Origin: Cyanophora paradoxa CCMP329
Taxonomy: Eukaryota; Plantae; Glaucophyta
Direction: 5' to 3'
Assembly: GCA_004431415.1 (NCBI GenBank)
Contig: QPMI01000484.1
Span: 62,001-126,000, forward strand
DNA: 64,000 nt
How positions within the stretch are numbered: position 1 is the stretch's first letter; each line of letters opens with the position of its first letter. Made by a program: the position numbers and the translations under genes. Shown piece after piece: positions 11,901 to 24,650 of the stretch. The notes under the pieces are model-generated. The model did no database searches and had not been told where the DNA came from. It saw nothing but the letters and a program-made list of their open reading frames with translations.

Positions 11901-14900
11901 CGGAACGATCTATCTTTTTAAACAGAATAGGAACCAAGATCTACTTCTAATCTAATTTCTGCTCAGGTGGGAGACGCGGTTGTGACGGCGGCGCGGCTGA
12001 TGTCCAAGTCGGGCGGGGGCGGGGGCGGGGGCGGGGGCGGGGCGGGGCGGCTGCTGTGCTGCTTCGAGACGTACCGGCGGGCGGCCGCGCACGTCGAGCT
12101 GCGCGAGCTCGCCCCCGCCCGCCTCAAGGGAAAGGTCCGTTTGCCCTGCACTCCTTCATTCGCGTCTGTCTATGATGGCGCGTGAGCGAGCGGAACTGAC
12201 CGGCGGCGCGCGTTCGCGCGCGCGGTGCGGCAGGCGGTGCCGGTGCGGGTCTTCGAGGCGGGGGAGGGCCCCCCCGGGCCCCGCCTCTCCCGCTGGAGCG
12301 CCTGGGGCCGCCAGGTCCGTCCCTCCGCGAGACGTCCTTGAAAGACTCTTTCTTAGTAAGAGCTTAAGAACTTAAGAACTTAAGAACCTGATGGGGCGAG
12401 TCCGATTAGAACTTAAGATAGACTTGGGACGCCCCTGAGACGCTCTCTGAGGAGCTCGCAACAGGTCGCCGGCATCGACGAGTCCTTTGCACCCCCCTCG
12501 TCGCGGAATCTGAAGGCCGCGGTACCCCCCGAGCCCCTGGGGCGGGCCCACGAGCTCTCGGCCTTCGAGGCGGCCCTCGACCGGCTCCAAGCCGGCGGGC
12601 CCGGGGGGGTACTGGTGCTCTCGGGCGAGGCCGGCCTCGGCAAGTCGGCGTGCCTCGCGGCAATGGAGGCGGCCGCAGCCTCCGTACCCCCCTCCGCCCG
12701 CTCCGCCTTCGCCTTTTCTGTGGCGCGGGCCGAGGCCGACCCGCTGGAGCGAAGAGAGCCTTTCTTCGCCCTAAGGCGGCCCCTCGGCGCCCTCCTAGGA
12801 GCCCTCTGCCCCTCGGACACGCCCCCCGCCGCCCGCGCCGAGGTCCGTCCGATCGATCGCGAAGCCTTCCGCCCTCCCTCCGCCCCGTTCTCCGCTGACC
12901 GCTCGTCAGCTGTGGCGCCGCCGGATCGAGGAGGCCCTCCTAGGAGCCCCGCCCGAGCTGAAGAAGCACGTACCCCTCCTCGCCTCCGTCCTCCCCCTGG
13001 ATCCGGATGCTTCCGTACCCGGCCCGGGCTCCTTCCCCCCGGGCGGACCCGCCTACGAGGCCCGCTCTGCTCTCTTTGCAGAGCTGTTGCGGCGGGCGGG
13101 GACGGCGCCGCCGCCGCCGCCGCGGGGGTCAGAGGAACGTTCCTCGTCCGCCGTTCCTCCTCCTCCCCCCCCGCCCCTCGTCCTCCTCGTGGACGACGCC
13201 CAGGACCTCGACGATGCCTCCTGGGAGCTCCTCTCCGAATGGGACTTCTCGGCCCGACCCGCGCTCCTCGTCCTCGCCCACCGCCCCTTCTCCTCCTCCT
13301 CGGAGACCCCGGCCCCGCCCGGCCCCGCCCCGCCCGCCTCCTCTTCGTCCCTCCGCCTTGCGCCCTCCGGCTTCTCGGCGCTCCCGCGGCGCCTCTTCCC
13401 GGCCCCCTCCGCCCCGGCGCCCTACGGCCCGCCTCGCCTTGACCCCGGATCCGGAGGCCTCCTGGGTACCCTCCTCGACCCGTCCTCCTCCTCGTCGTCC
13501 TCCTCGGGACACGAGGGCGGATCAAATCACTCGGGCTCGGGAACCGGGGATCCAATTCAGAATTCGAAGCCGGCGTGGGCGATGCCCCGCGGGCCGCGGC
13601 CCCCGCCGCCCCTCGCCTCGCTCCTCGACCGCCTTCCGCGCTCCTCGTCGCTCTGCCTTCGGCTCGAGCCGTTGCCGCCCGACGAGACCCGACGCCTCGC
13701 CGCGCGCGCCCTCGGCGTCGCGCCCGGCGCCGTACCCCCGGCGGCGCTGGCCGCCCTGCAGGACCTGGCGGGGGGTAGCCCCCTCTTCGCCGTCGAGATC
13801 CTCGCTCAGCTCCAGCGCGCCGGCCTCGTGCGAACGAAGCTTTCTTTTCGTCCGTTCTGTTCGCGTACCCCCCTCACGCGCGCTCCGTTCGCAGCTCCGA
13901 ATCGTCCCGCGGAGCTCGCTGGCCCCTGGGGCGGCGGCGGCGGCGGCGGCGGCCGGCGCCCCAGAGCCGGCGCCGGGCACCTCCTGCCCGGATCAAGTCT
14001 CGTCCTCAGACGACGCCGCTTCCTCCCCCCACGCTGTGCTGCTGGCGGAGGGCTTTGAGGAGGCCGCGGGGCGCGAGGCGGCGCGCTCGGAGCGGCTGCG
14101 CGCCCTCGTCCTCGCCCGCGTCGACCGCCTCAGGTGAGAAGCTGTATGGATGGATAGGATACCTCTTAAGGATGTGAGATAGGATATGATAGGCGTGCCC
14201 CGCGCTCCCCACTGCCTATGTCACCGAAGTCTAACAGCATCTAAGAGGTCTAAAAGTGTAGATTCATCTGGACTAGAAGTCTAGTCTACAAGTCTAGAAG
14301 AAGAAGAAGGAGAAGGAGCGTCTTGGAGTTCTAAGAAGCTTTCTACTGCCTTTCTCACCTCGAATCTCGCCCCAGGCCCTGGGCCCAGCTCCTCCTCAAG
14401 GCCGCCGCCGTCCTCGGCCGCGCGTTCCCCGCCGACGCCCTCTGGGGTACCCCCCCTCCGCTCCCCCCTCCCTCCCTCCCTCCCTCCAGGCCCACCTGAG
14501 CGACTTCGTTCTTCGCTGGCAGGTCTGTACGGGAAGGTGGCGGGGGCGCGGGGCGGCGGCTCGCTGCTCCCCGGCCGGTTCCGCGAGGACGCGCTGTCCC
14601 TATTGGAGGCCGAAGGCTTCCTCCGCCCCTGCGACGCCCCCCGCGCCGCCGAGCTCGCCCCTCTACCCCCCTCCTCCTCTTCTTCCTCCTCACCTGAGCA
14701 CCTCTTCTTCCCCTCTGGCCTCGTTTGGGCCGCCTGCTACGAGCTCCTGCCCCGCCCCCAGCGCGAGGCGGTGCGTCTTCGCCGTGTTACTCCCTACATC
14801 TCCTCGGATGATTCGTTTCTCAGATGCACGCGGACGCGGCGCGGTGGTTCGAGGGCGGGCTGAGGGCGTCATCCGGTACCCCCCGGGGGCGGCTCCCCGG

Positions 14901-17509
14901 GCTGCGGCTCCTGGCCCACCACTGGGGCGCCGCGGGCGACGAGGGCCTCGAGAACGCCGCCCAGTGTCCGTACCCCCTCAGCTTTCCCCGCTTAGCTTCG
15001 CTTGCTGTACCCCCGCTGACGTCGAAGCGTTCCCGCACCCCTCCAGACGGCGAGCGCGCGGCGTGGGAGGCGATCCGAGCCGGGCGGCCGCAAGTCGCGG
15101 CGGCGCTCTGCCCGACCCTCTTCCGCCCCGGCGTGCGCGCGCCGTACCCCCCGGGGGCCCGGCTCCGTCCTTCTCCAGGCCCCGTATCTAAATTTAGAGC
15201 TTCGTTCGCAGGGCCGGGAGCCGGCGGAGAGCGCGGCGCTGCTCGCGACCCTCGCGGCGGCGGAGCTCGAGGCGGGGTACGAGTCGCAGGCCGAGGCCCA
15301 CGCGATTGCGGTACCCCCTCCCGTCTCCCTCCCCCCTTCCCTTCCAATCCCTTACCCCTGGACGCCCCGCAGGCGCTGGAGCGCGGGGGGTACTGGGGCG
15401 GCCCGCCGCGCGCGGCCGGACTCCTGAAGCTCGCGGGGGCAGCCCTCCTCGCGGCTCTACCCCCCCGCCGGCGCCGCCGCGGGGCGGCCGGCGCCGGGCC
15501 CCCCTCGCCGGGGGTACAGGGCGCGGACCCGGTGGTAGAGGGCGCATGGCCCCGGAAGGCATCGGACGCGTTTCCGAGCAGCGGCTCCAGCGCGGCGGAG
15601 GGGTACCCCCGCGCCGCCTCCCCCGGCCCGGAGGTCCCCTGGGGCCCCGGGGAGGTGGGTACCGCCGACGGCCCCGAGGACGCCGCCTCTTCCCGCCCCG
15701 CCGTGCGCCTTCTTCTTCGTACCCCCCTCCTTCCCGCCCCCCCTCTCCACCTTAATCCGACCCGCTTCGTTCGCAGTCGGCGGCGGAGCTGGGGGGCCAG
15801 CCGCCGGCCGCCGTCCTTCGGCTCGCGGAGGAGCTGAGGGCCATGGACGCAGCCGCCAGGGACCGGCCCGCCTCCGCCTCTTCCCGCTCCCTCTTCGGCC
15901 CCTTTCGCCGCTTCAGCTTCACTGGATCGGGCTCGAAACCAAGATCGGGGGTACCGGTGGCGAACCGCGTCCCGTCGACGAACGCCATACCCCGGGCCCT
16001 ACTCTCGGCCGCGGCGGCCGCGGCGGCCGCGTCCGGTGGCCAAAAGGAAGGAGACGAAGGAGAAGGGAAAGGCCGGGGTGGGGGGTACGAGGACGGCTCG
16101 AAGCCGGCGAGGAGACCCTCGGAGGCCGCAACGCGGCCTCGGCTCTCGCGGGGGCCCCATTCCACCTCCTCCTCGTCCCCCTCGTCCTCCTCCTCGGAGG
16201 TCGACGCGGCCCGGGCGTACCGGGTACTGGGCGAGATCGAGCTCGCCCGGGGCGCCCCCCGCGCGGCCCTCTTCGCCGCGCTTCGGGCGCTGGCCCTCCT
16301 AGGAGCGGACCCGCCGGCGGCATCCGGCGCGGCCGCTGCTGCTGCTGCCTCCGCTGCTCCACAAAGAGGCCGCCGCGGCCGCCGCACCAGCATCAACCAG
16401 GCCCCGCTTCCAGCGGAGGCGGTGGCGGCGCCCCCTCCTCCTCCTCCCGCCTCCGGCCCGCACGCCTCGGAGGCCCTCGCGGCCCGCATCCTCGTCGCCT
16501 CTACGGCCGCGCACTTCGCTCCGCTGCGGCGCGCCGCCCGCGCCGCCCTCCGGTCGTCCCTGAAGGGGATCGAGGGCCCCGGGCCGCCCCCGCCCCGCGT
16601 CGCCGCCCTCGCCGCCGCCGCCGCCCTCGGGCCGGCCGGCGCCGACTCGGACCTGCCTTCCGTCCTCGCTGCCCGCGCCCTCGCGGGCGCCGTCCGCGCC
16701 CCCGCCGCCGCCCCAGCAGCTCGCTGGGCGCGGGCGAGCCGGCGGCCGCGCCCTCGGGGCTAGAGGAAGCGCTGTTAATCGCGGCCGTCTGCGGGGCGGA
16801 CCTCCCCCGGCCTCCGCCCTCCCGGCCCCGCCCCGCGCCGCCGCCGCCGAGGGCGCCGCCTCGTCGGCCGCGCTCGCCTCGGCCGCCGCCACCTGCGCCC
16901 TCGCCCTGCGCGGCGGCGGCCCCGCCGCCTCGCTTGCCGAGGCGGCCGCCTACGAGGCCCGCGCCCGCGCCGCCGCCGCGGGCCTCAGCGGCCCGCGCGT
17001 CCCGCCCCGGGCCCGCGCCGCCCTCCTCGCCGCGCGGGCCCTCCTCGCCGGCTTGAAGGAGAAAGAAGGAGGAGCCGCCAGCTCCGGCTCCGGCTCAAGC
17101 CCGGGCATGGCTCTGCCTCTGGCTCTGGAAGCCGCGGCCCTTGTCTCGAACCTCCCGCCCCCCTGCGGGCCCCTCGACGCGCCCCTCGCCGCCCTCCTCG
17201 CCCGCGCCGCCCTCTCCGCCCTAATCGTACGTATCCACTCGCCTCGTCCTGGCCCTCGCCCTTCCGCTTCTGACTTTGACGGCGCGAATGATTTCGCAGG
17301 CGGCCGGCGTCTTCCGGGGCGGCTCGGGCTCGGATCCGGAGCGCGCCGCGGCCTGGGGCCTCGTTCGCTGCGCGGAGGCTGCGGCCGGCGCGGCCGGCGG
17401 CGCGGGCCCCGGCGCCCGCCGCCTCGCGAGGGCCCACCTCGAGGCGATGCGGCGCGCCGCCGGCGGGCGGCTCGGAGCCGGAGACTCGGGCGGCGTTGTG
17501 GACATCTAG
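8984..17509 (+). CDS. Soluble adenylyl cyclase (ADCY10)-like protein: two class III cyclase domains, STAND P-loop NTPase and helical C-terminal region; multi-exon
   Basis: C1: ALFADIVG|FSGL, GGDVVKLAGDSVIAVF, RVG|IGCG. C2: AELRPLSVLF, VALDDKGM, AFGLP, HE|DDPVRA, GVATG, VGDAVVTAARLM, LKGK. Walker A VLSGEAGLGKS (12615), Walker B LLVDDAQDLD, GGSPLF, ARVDRL. The 3' end is approximate. Confidence 0.85.
11177..11226. repeat. (GAGGCT)n intronic microsatellite
   Basis: Directly visible tandem hexamer. Confidence 0.85.
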
Positions 17510-18246
17510 CTATTCCTAGTTTGATTAGCCGCTATATAGCTAGTTTGATTATCATGATTTGGAGTTTCAAGTAACAATAAATAGTACTTGTGAATAGTGC
17601 TTCCGTCACATGCACATGTACAGGCTCAGTGACCGCCTCGAAATGGAAACTTTCTCTTGACAATTTCAAGGGTTTGAGCCCGACTCGCGGCGAGCTCGAG
17701 CCCGAGGAATCCGTCGAGCCGACGGTCGGGGCCGGGGGCCGGGCCCTGCATGCGCCCCGGGCCCGGAGCTCGGCCTCGAGCTCAGGGCCTCGGAGCCTCA
17801 GAGGCCGCCCGGGCGCCCGGCCACGGTGGGCTAGCTATAGCTACAGGGGACGACGCGGGGCCTCTCACCGGCAGAGCCCGCGGGGCAGAGCGTAGCCTCA
17901 CTCACTCTGGAAGTCATCATGATACTTTGATGATAACGGCAGTAGCCACTGAAGTAGTACTGGGGCACGCCGTCATGATGCATTTGCAGGGAGCCTGGAG
18001 GGCACAATAAAAAATAACGCGACACGCGATAACTATCCAAAGCACTGGGCCAGTGATATGACTGCACAGAACTCGCAATAACTGACTGACCATGACGACC
18101 CTGCAGCTGAAAGATTGAATATACCAATAACAAGAGCACAAAGCAATGCGACCCTGCAGCTGCGATGCCGCCCACGATGCACTTATCTCGCTAAAAGAAA
18201 AAGCTCAAGCTATGCACATAATGAAGTCTCGGAAGCTAAAGAGCGC

Positions 18247-21200
18247 CTACGCCTGCGCCTGCGCCTGCGCCTGAGCCTGCTGTTCCCGCTGCTTCTTCGT
18301 GACGCGGGACGTCTGCGCCCAGCTCGGCTGCTCGATCTTCCCGATGCGCCACTCCGGCAGCGGGATCTGCGAGCGGCCGGCGCTGGGCGGCGTCGACTTG
18401 CGCTCCGGGCCGATGGGCGCGGGCGAGACGGGGAGCGTGGGGAGGGGCAGCGGGGCCATCGCTTCGTCCTCGCTGGACCGGCGCGGGGCCGGGCGCCCCG
18501 CCGCCTGTTCCGGCTCCGGTTCCCTGGGGGGGCTCTCCTCGTGGCGCGGGGGGGTACGCGCCGCTTTGGGGACGGGTACCGGGATCGCCGAGGGCGAGAG
18601 CGGCGCCGGCCGCGGGGCGGGCCGCCGGGCGTCGCGGGCCGGCTTCTGGGGCGGGGCGAGCTGCGCGGCGTCCTGGCTCGTGCGGAGGGCCGACGTCTCC
18701 CGCCCGCCCTCCTCTCCTTCGGAGGCCGGGGCCGGGGGCGGAAGCGGAGGAGGGGGCGGAGGAGGGGAGGCGCCGAGGGCCGCGGCGCGGGCGGCCCGGC
18801 GGCCCGCGCGGTCACCCTTGACCGAGCTCGAGGGCGCCGGGCCGTCCGTGGCTGCCCGCAACTGCGACTGGATCTGCGGGGTACCGGAAATGAGCGCCGG
18901 CCCGGCCTGGGCGGGCGAGCCGAAGTTCGAAAAGCGGCACCGCGGCGATTCGAGCCATGATCCCTTCGTACTCCGCGCTGCCGGGCGCCCTCTTCCCGGA
19001 AGAAGGCGGCGCGGGCGCCGGCGGCGTCCCGTGCGGCCGGTCGGTCCCCGGGCTCAGCGTCTGCTGCTGGTCGGGCGCCGCCGCCGCCGGCCCAAGCGAA
19101 GACGTCGAAGAAAAAAAAGATGGCGTGCGCGCCTCCTGCTGCCGCAGCACTCGAGCTCAGCGGACAGCGGAAGAAAGGAGGAAACGGGCGCACGGGCGCG
19201 GCGACGGGGGCCGAGCGCCTGGCGGAGAGCTCGGAGACTTCCCTCCTAAACTCCTCCTCGAGGCCCCGCACCGTCGTCAGGAGCGAAGCCACCGAGTCCC
19301 GCGTGGCTGCGGAGGGGGGTACGGGTCAGCGCGACCCGCCCGTGACTCACCACTGAATCGGTGACTCACGCACCGTAGTAGGTCTGGCCGAGGAAGGAGA
19401 GGCTGGGGGGCCCGGCGCCGCCCCCGTTCCCGCCATCGATCTCGGGGGCTCCCGACTCGGGCGGCGTGGCGCCGGCCCCCGCCCCCGCCCGCTGCTGCTT
19501 GCGGCGCGGGGGGGTAGACGCGACGTGCTCGGAGGGCGGGGCGACGAGCGCGGGGCCCGCGGGCTGGCGGGCCGCCGCGCCCTCCGCCGCCGCGGCCGCC
19601 TCGGCGGCCGCCGCCGCGGCACGCGCCTTGGCGCGCGCGGGAGAGCCGCTGGGAGCCGAGGCGGGCGTCCGGGGCGCGAGGGCCGGCGAGGCCGGCGCCG
19701 ACGCCGCCGCCGCAGCCGCGGGGGCTCGGCGGGGGGCGCGACGGAGAGGACGGGGCCGGGGCCCGCGGGGACGGGGCCGCCTCGTTCGCGGGGTACGCCG
19801 AAGGCCGCTGGGGGGCGGTGGAGGTGGGCGAGAAGAACGGGTTCACCTTTGGCGCGACAGAGGAGGAAGGGGTGGGCGAACGCGGCCGAGGAACGGGCGG
19901 GGGAGCGGTCGCCTGCGAGGGGAGCGCCGGCCCGCTGAGGGGCGGCGGGCGCGCCAGCGTGGCCGACTCGCGTCGGCGGGGCGGGGAGGAGGGCGCCGGC
20001 GTGGCGCCGGGCGGGGCGGCCGGGAGGAGTGGCTCGGGCCCGGCCGGGCCGCCGAGCTCCGTACCCGGGTTCGGGCTCGGGCGGACGGCGCCGTACCCGA
20101 GGCGAGGGGGCGTCCGGGGGTACCGGAGGCGGCGGGGCCGGCGGGCCTCAAGGAGGGCCGCGGGCCCTGGGCCGGCCCGCCGTCGGGGCCCGGGGAGGCG
20201 ATGCAGGGCGCCCCGCCGCAGCTGCTCCCGCCGCCGCCGACGACGCTCTGGTCGAGGAGCGCCGCGGAGAGTTCGAGGGCGCGAACTACGGAGGCGCCGG
20301 CGCCGGAGCCGGGGCCGGCCGCGCCGCGGGCCGGCGTGGATCCGGAGCGGGCGCCGGCGCCCGTCGCCCCCTCCAGGAACCTGAGCGGCGAGCTGGGGCG
20401 CCGCGTCGAGTGGAAGAACGCCGAGGCGGGGCCGCCCGAAGAGGAGGAGGCCGCCCCCGGGGCCCCCGGGCCCGCGGCGAGGCGGCGGCCGACGCGGGCT
20501 GGGAGGAGGCGGCCGAGCCTGCCGCGAGGCCGAAGCCTCCCCAGGAGCGCGGCGCGCTGGCGCTCCGGCGGCGGGCCGAGTAGGCTTCGGCCTCGGCCGC
20601 AGCCATGCTGCTCCGGTCTAGGAGGACAGAGGCGTCGAAGGAGACTCCTAGGTCCGCCTGAGCCCCGGCGGCCGCCGCCGCCACGGCCGCCGACGCGGCC
20701 GCGGCCGCCGCCGCCGCCGCCATCGCCGCCGCGTGGGGCCCGTTGGCGGGCACCACCGAAGTCTCTCTGGACCGGGACGTGGATGGGGCTGGGGCCCAGG
20801 CCACCGCCGCCGGCTGGGGCTGGGGCTGGGGCGCGGCGAGGGCGAGGGGCGGCGGGGCGCCGCGCGACGGGTCGGCGCTCCGCGAGCGGGCGCGGGGCGG
20901 CGGGCTGGAGGCCGGGCGTCCGGCCTGGCGCGCCCCCTCCGCACATACACGGAAGGCGAGCCGCCGCCGCCGCCGCTGCCGTCCCGGCGCAGCGTGCGGC
21001 GGCGGCTGATCGGGGAGGAGGCAGCGGGCGGCTCCGGCGGCTGCGAGGCGTGCCGCCGGCGGCCCCGGCGGCGAGCGCTGAGGGAGGGAGAGGCGGCGAG
21101 GCGGCGGGGGCGGGGCGGCGAAGCCGAGCGAGAGGGGGACAAGGAGGAGGAGGACGAGGAAGCGGAACGAGAGGCGGGGGCCGAGCGGGCGGCGGCGGCG

Positions 21201-22707
21201 CGGGCGCGCCGGGCGCGGCGGGGCGGGCAGACGGACGAGTCGGACGACGAGCGCCGAGAGCCGGCGGCCTCCAGGGCCGGGGCCGGGGCGGGGGCGACGG
21301 AGACGGGCGGGGGAACCCGGCGCCGGGCCTCAGCGCCAGCGACTCGGCGTACTGTCGGAGGGCGTCCAGGCGCCTCCGCTTGCGCTCGGAGTCCGAGAGG
21401 GCCGCCAGCTGACCCCCGCCGGCGCCCCGCCCGAGGGCGGGCTCTTCCGCTCGGGCAGCGGCGCCGCCGAGCGCACCGCCCGCGGCGGCGGCGGCTTCCC
21501 CTCCGGCGACCGCCACGGCGAGTAGGCCGGGAGGGCCGCCGGCCGTTGCCGTAGAGTGGGCGACCGGGAGCGCGCGCGGGCGGCGGGGGCGGCGTCCGTG
21601 TCTGACGCTGAGGCGGAGCTTGAGGAGAAGAGGGTCCGACCCGCCACCAGCGGCGGCGGCGCCGGCGTCGCAGCCGTCCGCTGCGCCCGCGGCGGCTCCG
21701 CGCCCCCCTTCGTCGGAGTGGACGCGGCGGAGCCTGCGGCGGCTGTCGGTCCGGCCCCGGGCGGAGAAAGAAGGCGGGCGGGCGGACCGGGGTTGGAGGA
21801 GAGCCCGGCGCGCGCGCGGTTGCGGAGGAGGTGTCGCTGGATCGCGTCCAGAATCTCCTATGGGAAGTGTGAAGTGCTGTGAAGTGCTACGTTAAAGATG
21901 AATGAAGGAGGAGCACCTGGTTGGTGACGAGGTTGCAGGCCAGCTCGAGCTGAACGACGCCCGAGTTCCTCGCGAGCGCCTGCGAGAGCTGGTTCGCGCC
22001 CCTGTTCGTGATGTTGCTGCGCGGGCCGTGTCGTGTCAGGATCGTTCGTGCGCGGCGAGAGATAAAGGGGGAGCAACCGCGCGGCGCCGCACTTCGAAAC
22101 TGCGCACGCGAAAGGAGTAAGGGGCGCGAGCGAACGAGCGGGCGGGCGAGCGTACAGAGGTTGATGTAGCGGAGGGACTCGTTGTTCTGCAGGGCGAGCG
22201 CGAGGCCCTCGGCGCACTGGTTCCCGATCTGGTTGTCCTTCGCTTCGAGCCGCTGGAGGCTCCGGCTGCGCTGCACCAGCTCCTGCAGGTGCGTCGCCGA
22301 CTCCTCCCCGAGGCCCGACCGGTCCAGGCAGAACGCCCGCAGCGCCGGCAGCCGCGCCAGCGCGCGGAACATCTGCGGGGCGCACTCCGCCAGCATGTTG
22401 CCGCCGAGGTCGACCTGTCAGGAGCGGAGTGGTTTGCAGTGAGCGCTCGGCGCCGAACGGATCCGGCGATCGGAGGCCAGCGCACCGACGTCAGCGACTC
22501 GTTCTCGCCAAGGCTAGCCGCGATGTCAAGGAGGGCACGCCGGCGAAGCCCGCAGCTCCAGAAGTCGAGAGTCTTTACTCGGCATGAGGCGGTCTGAAGG
22601 TACACGAGGGCGGGCTCGAGCTCCGTCGGCCCGACTCGCTGGAAACGAAAGCTGAGCTCGCTCTCTTCGTCGGCCGTGCGATTGGCGACGAAGCTAGACG
22701 ACGGCAT
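18247..22707 (-). CDS. Ribonuclease-inhibitor-type LRR protein with a long low-complexity C-terminal region; spliced
   Basis: N-terminal repeats VKTLDFWSCGL, SLTS|VDLGGNML, LQRLEAKDNQIGNQCAEGLALALQNNESLRYINL, NNITNRGANQLSQAL. Pro/Ala-rich downstream exons end in QAQAQAQA*. Internal exons are not fully resolved. Confidence 0.7.
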
Positions 22708-23844
22708 CGCTGCCGTCGTGTTCGAACTGGACGACGGAGGGGTGCGCTGGTCTCGTCGCCAAAGTGCTGGTGTCAGCGAGCTAGAGGACAAGCCGATGAT
22801 GGCGGCCGCACCGAACTCCGGCCACTCAAATGGCAACTGGCAACTGCCAGTTGGGGGCTACGCGAATTCAGCAGTGGCTAAAGCGAAAGCTGCAGCTGGG
22901 AGCGAGAGAAGCGCTAGCGCGCTAGGCGCCGCTAGCGCGGCTCCTGCAGGCCAAACTTTAAGCGGAGGGCGGCGTGCTGCCAGGCTGACGCACTGCGCGG
23001 CACGCGCACGTAGTACATACGCTTGCGCGAATTGCGCGCGGCCGCAGGCCGGAGCCTCGCAGGCTCCGGAGCGAGAGATTTAGAAGCGGCTTCAAGCGGG
23101 CACGTCAACTTATATATCTACGTACACGATGGACTCGAGCTCGCGCGCTCAGAGACCATGTGCGCTTGCGCATGCAACGCTCCGCGAACGCTTCGGATGC
23201 CATGATTTGCCGATGCAACTGTCAACTTTTGCAAGTTAAGCTAGCTCTTGCGCGCGCAACACATAGATACCTATACTGGCGCCGGCGCCGGCCACACCCC
23301 GGGCAGAGATCTCTGTATATAACTAGCTAAAGCCGCGCCTGCGTACGCGTGCCTCCGAGGATGAGGAGGAGAGGAGGAGCAGATGCACGACCATCTTGTT
23401 TTCACTGAGACCACAAACTGCTTCGATGTCTAGAGGTGCGTATGCACGCAGATCTACAGCCTGAACAACAGCGCCTATTTGAAGAGTCAGAAAGAAGCAG
23501 AGAAGACATCGAGAGCGAAGGATGATCGAACGAAAGCCTGCCGATGACACAAACACCATGGCCGCCCAAAGTTCGCTATATGCGCTGCTCCGACGCGATG
23601 CTTGGCAAAAGCCGCGCATGCGATATAACTGCAGATTGGCTGAAGTCCAGCAGGAAGAAAGTTCGCTGCAGCTGGGAACCAGAAGCTGCGCCATGTCGTG
23701 GCATCGGCCGTCGGACGCGCCCCCGTAGCTGCAGGCCTAGGCCTGGTGGCCACCGAGCCGAACAAGTGCTTGCGCGCGAAGCAGCGATGATAAGGCGCGG
23801 CTGAACGTCAATGACGGCGTCGAAGTTCAGGGACAGTGTGCCGA

Positions 23845-24255
23845 TTACGCCCCGAACTCCTCCACCGTGCGGTTTGCGAGCTGCAGAAAGTCCATGAACG
23901 AGCTGAACGCGATCCGCAGAAGCCGGAGCTCAGAGCACTCGAAGTTCCTTCGAAAGCGTCAGCTTCGTAGTCCACAGAAGCGTCAAGCTGCGAACGGCGA
24001 ACGACGCACACGATTAGCTTCTGTCCCTCGACCCGCATCGTGCGGTGGATCTTGTCCGGCTGGAGCTCGCCGTCCACGATCAGCGCGTTGTACACTACGC
24101 TCGCGCTCTGCTCCGTCGGATACTGCACCTCGAGCGTGCTGCGGCGCGAGCGATGAGTCCGCACTGCGAAGGGGCCGCGGGGGCACGGCTATGGCAAACG
24201 TCAGCGGGAAAGCATCCGCGCACTACTTGTGTGGCAGCTCCATCGCAGCCGCCAT
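23845..24255 (-). CDS. PCC1: EKC/KEOPS complex subunit Pcc1/LAGE3
   Basis: Three exons (24255-24224, 24138-24010, 23947-23845) give MAAAMELPHKYTLEVQYPTEQSASVVYNALIVDGELQPDKIHRTMRVEGQKLIVNFECSELRLLRIAFSSFMDFLQLANRTVEEFGA*, a typical Pcc1 pattern. Confidence 0.9.
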
Positions 24256-24650
24256 GCTGGTGCTTGCTTTTGCACTGCTTTCCGCTTCCGGGGTACAGGG
24301 TTTGGTATCTCAATCGGCCCGTGGCATTGTCGGATCCCGGCCGTCTGGGCAGAGTCCCAAGCTCTCCACGGAGCAGCGGCGCAGACCAGCCCAGCCGGCT
24401 CGCACCGCTTTCAAGGTAGTTATACGCATTACGCGGCAGGCGCTGCCCTCCCCGAACAGCAATTGCAACCTCAACGCTCATTCGCGGCGTGTCGCCCCGC
24501 GGTCCGACTAGCTGTCAGCACATTCGGGTATCTTCGGATGAGATGCAGCCTGTTTGCGGAAGCATGCTAGGCAGATAACAGAGTCGAGCGCCCCAGCGTT
24601 ACAGCCGAGGGCGGGGCGCGGGCGAATCGCCTCCCCCGCCCCCACCAGCC

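Noticed and set aside
19466-21516. 648-aa and 557-aa Arg/Gly/Pro-rich ORFs (similarly 38707-40485)
   Set aside because: Off-frame or antisense products of very high GC content, where stop codons are rare.
23323-23765. Possible small minus-strand gene between the LRR gene and PCC1
   Set aside because: No recognisable motif or consistent exon chain. It could be UTR or intergenic.
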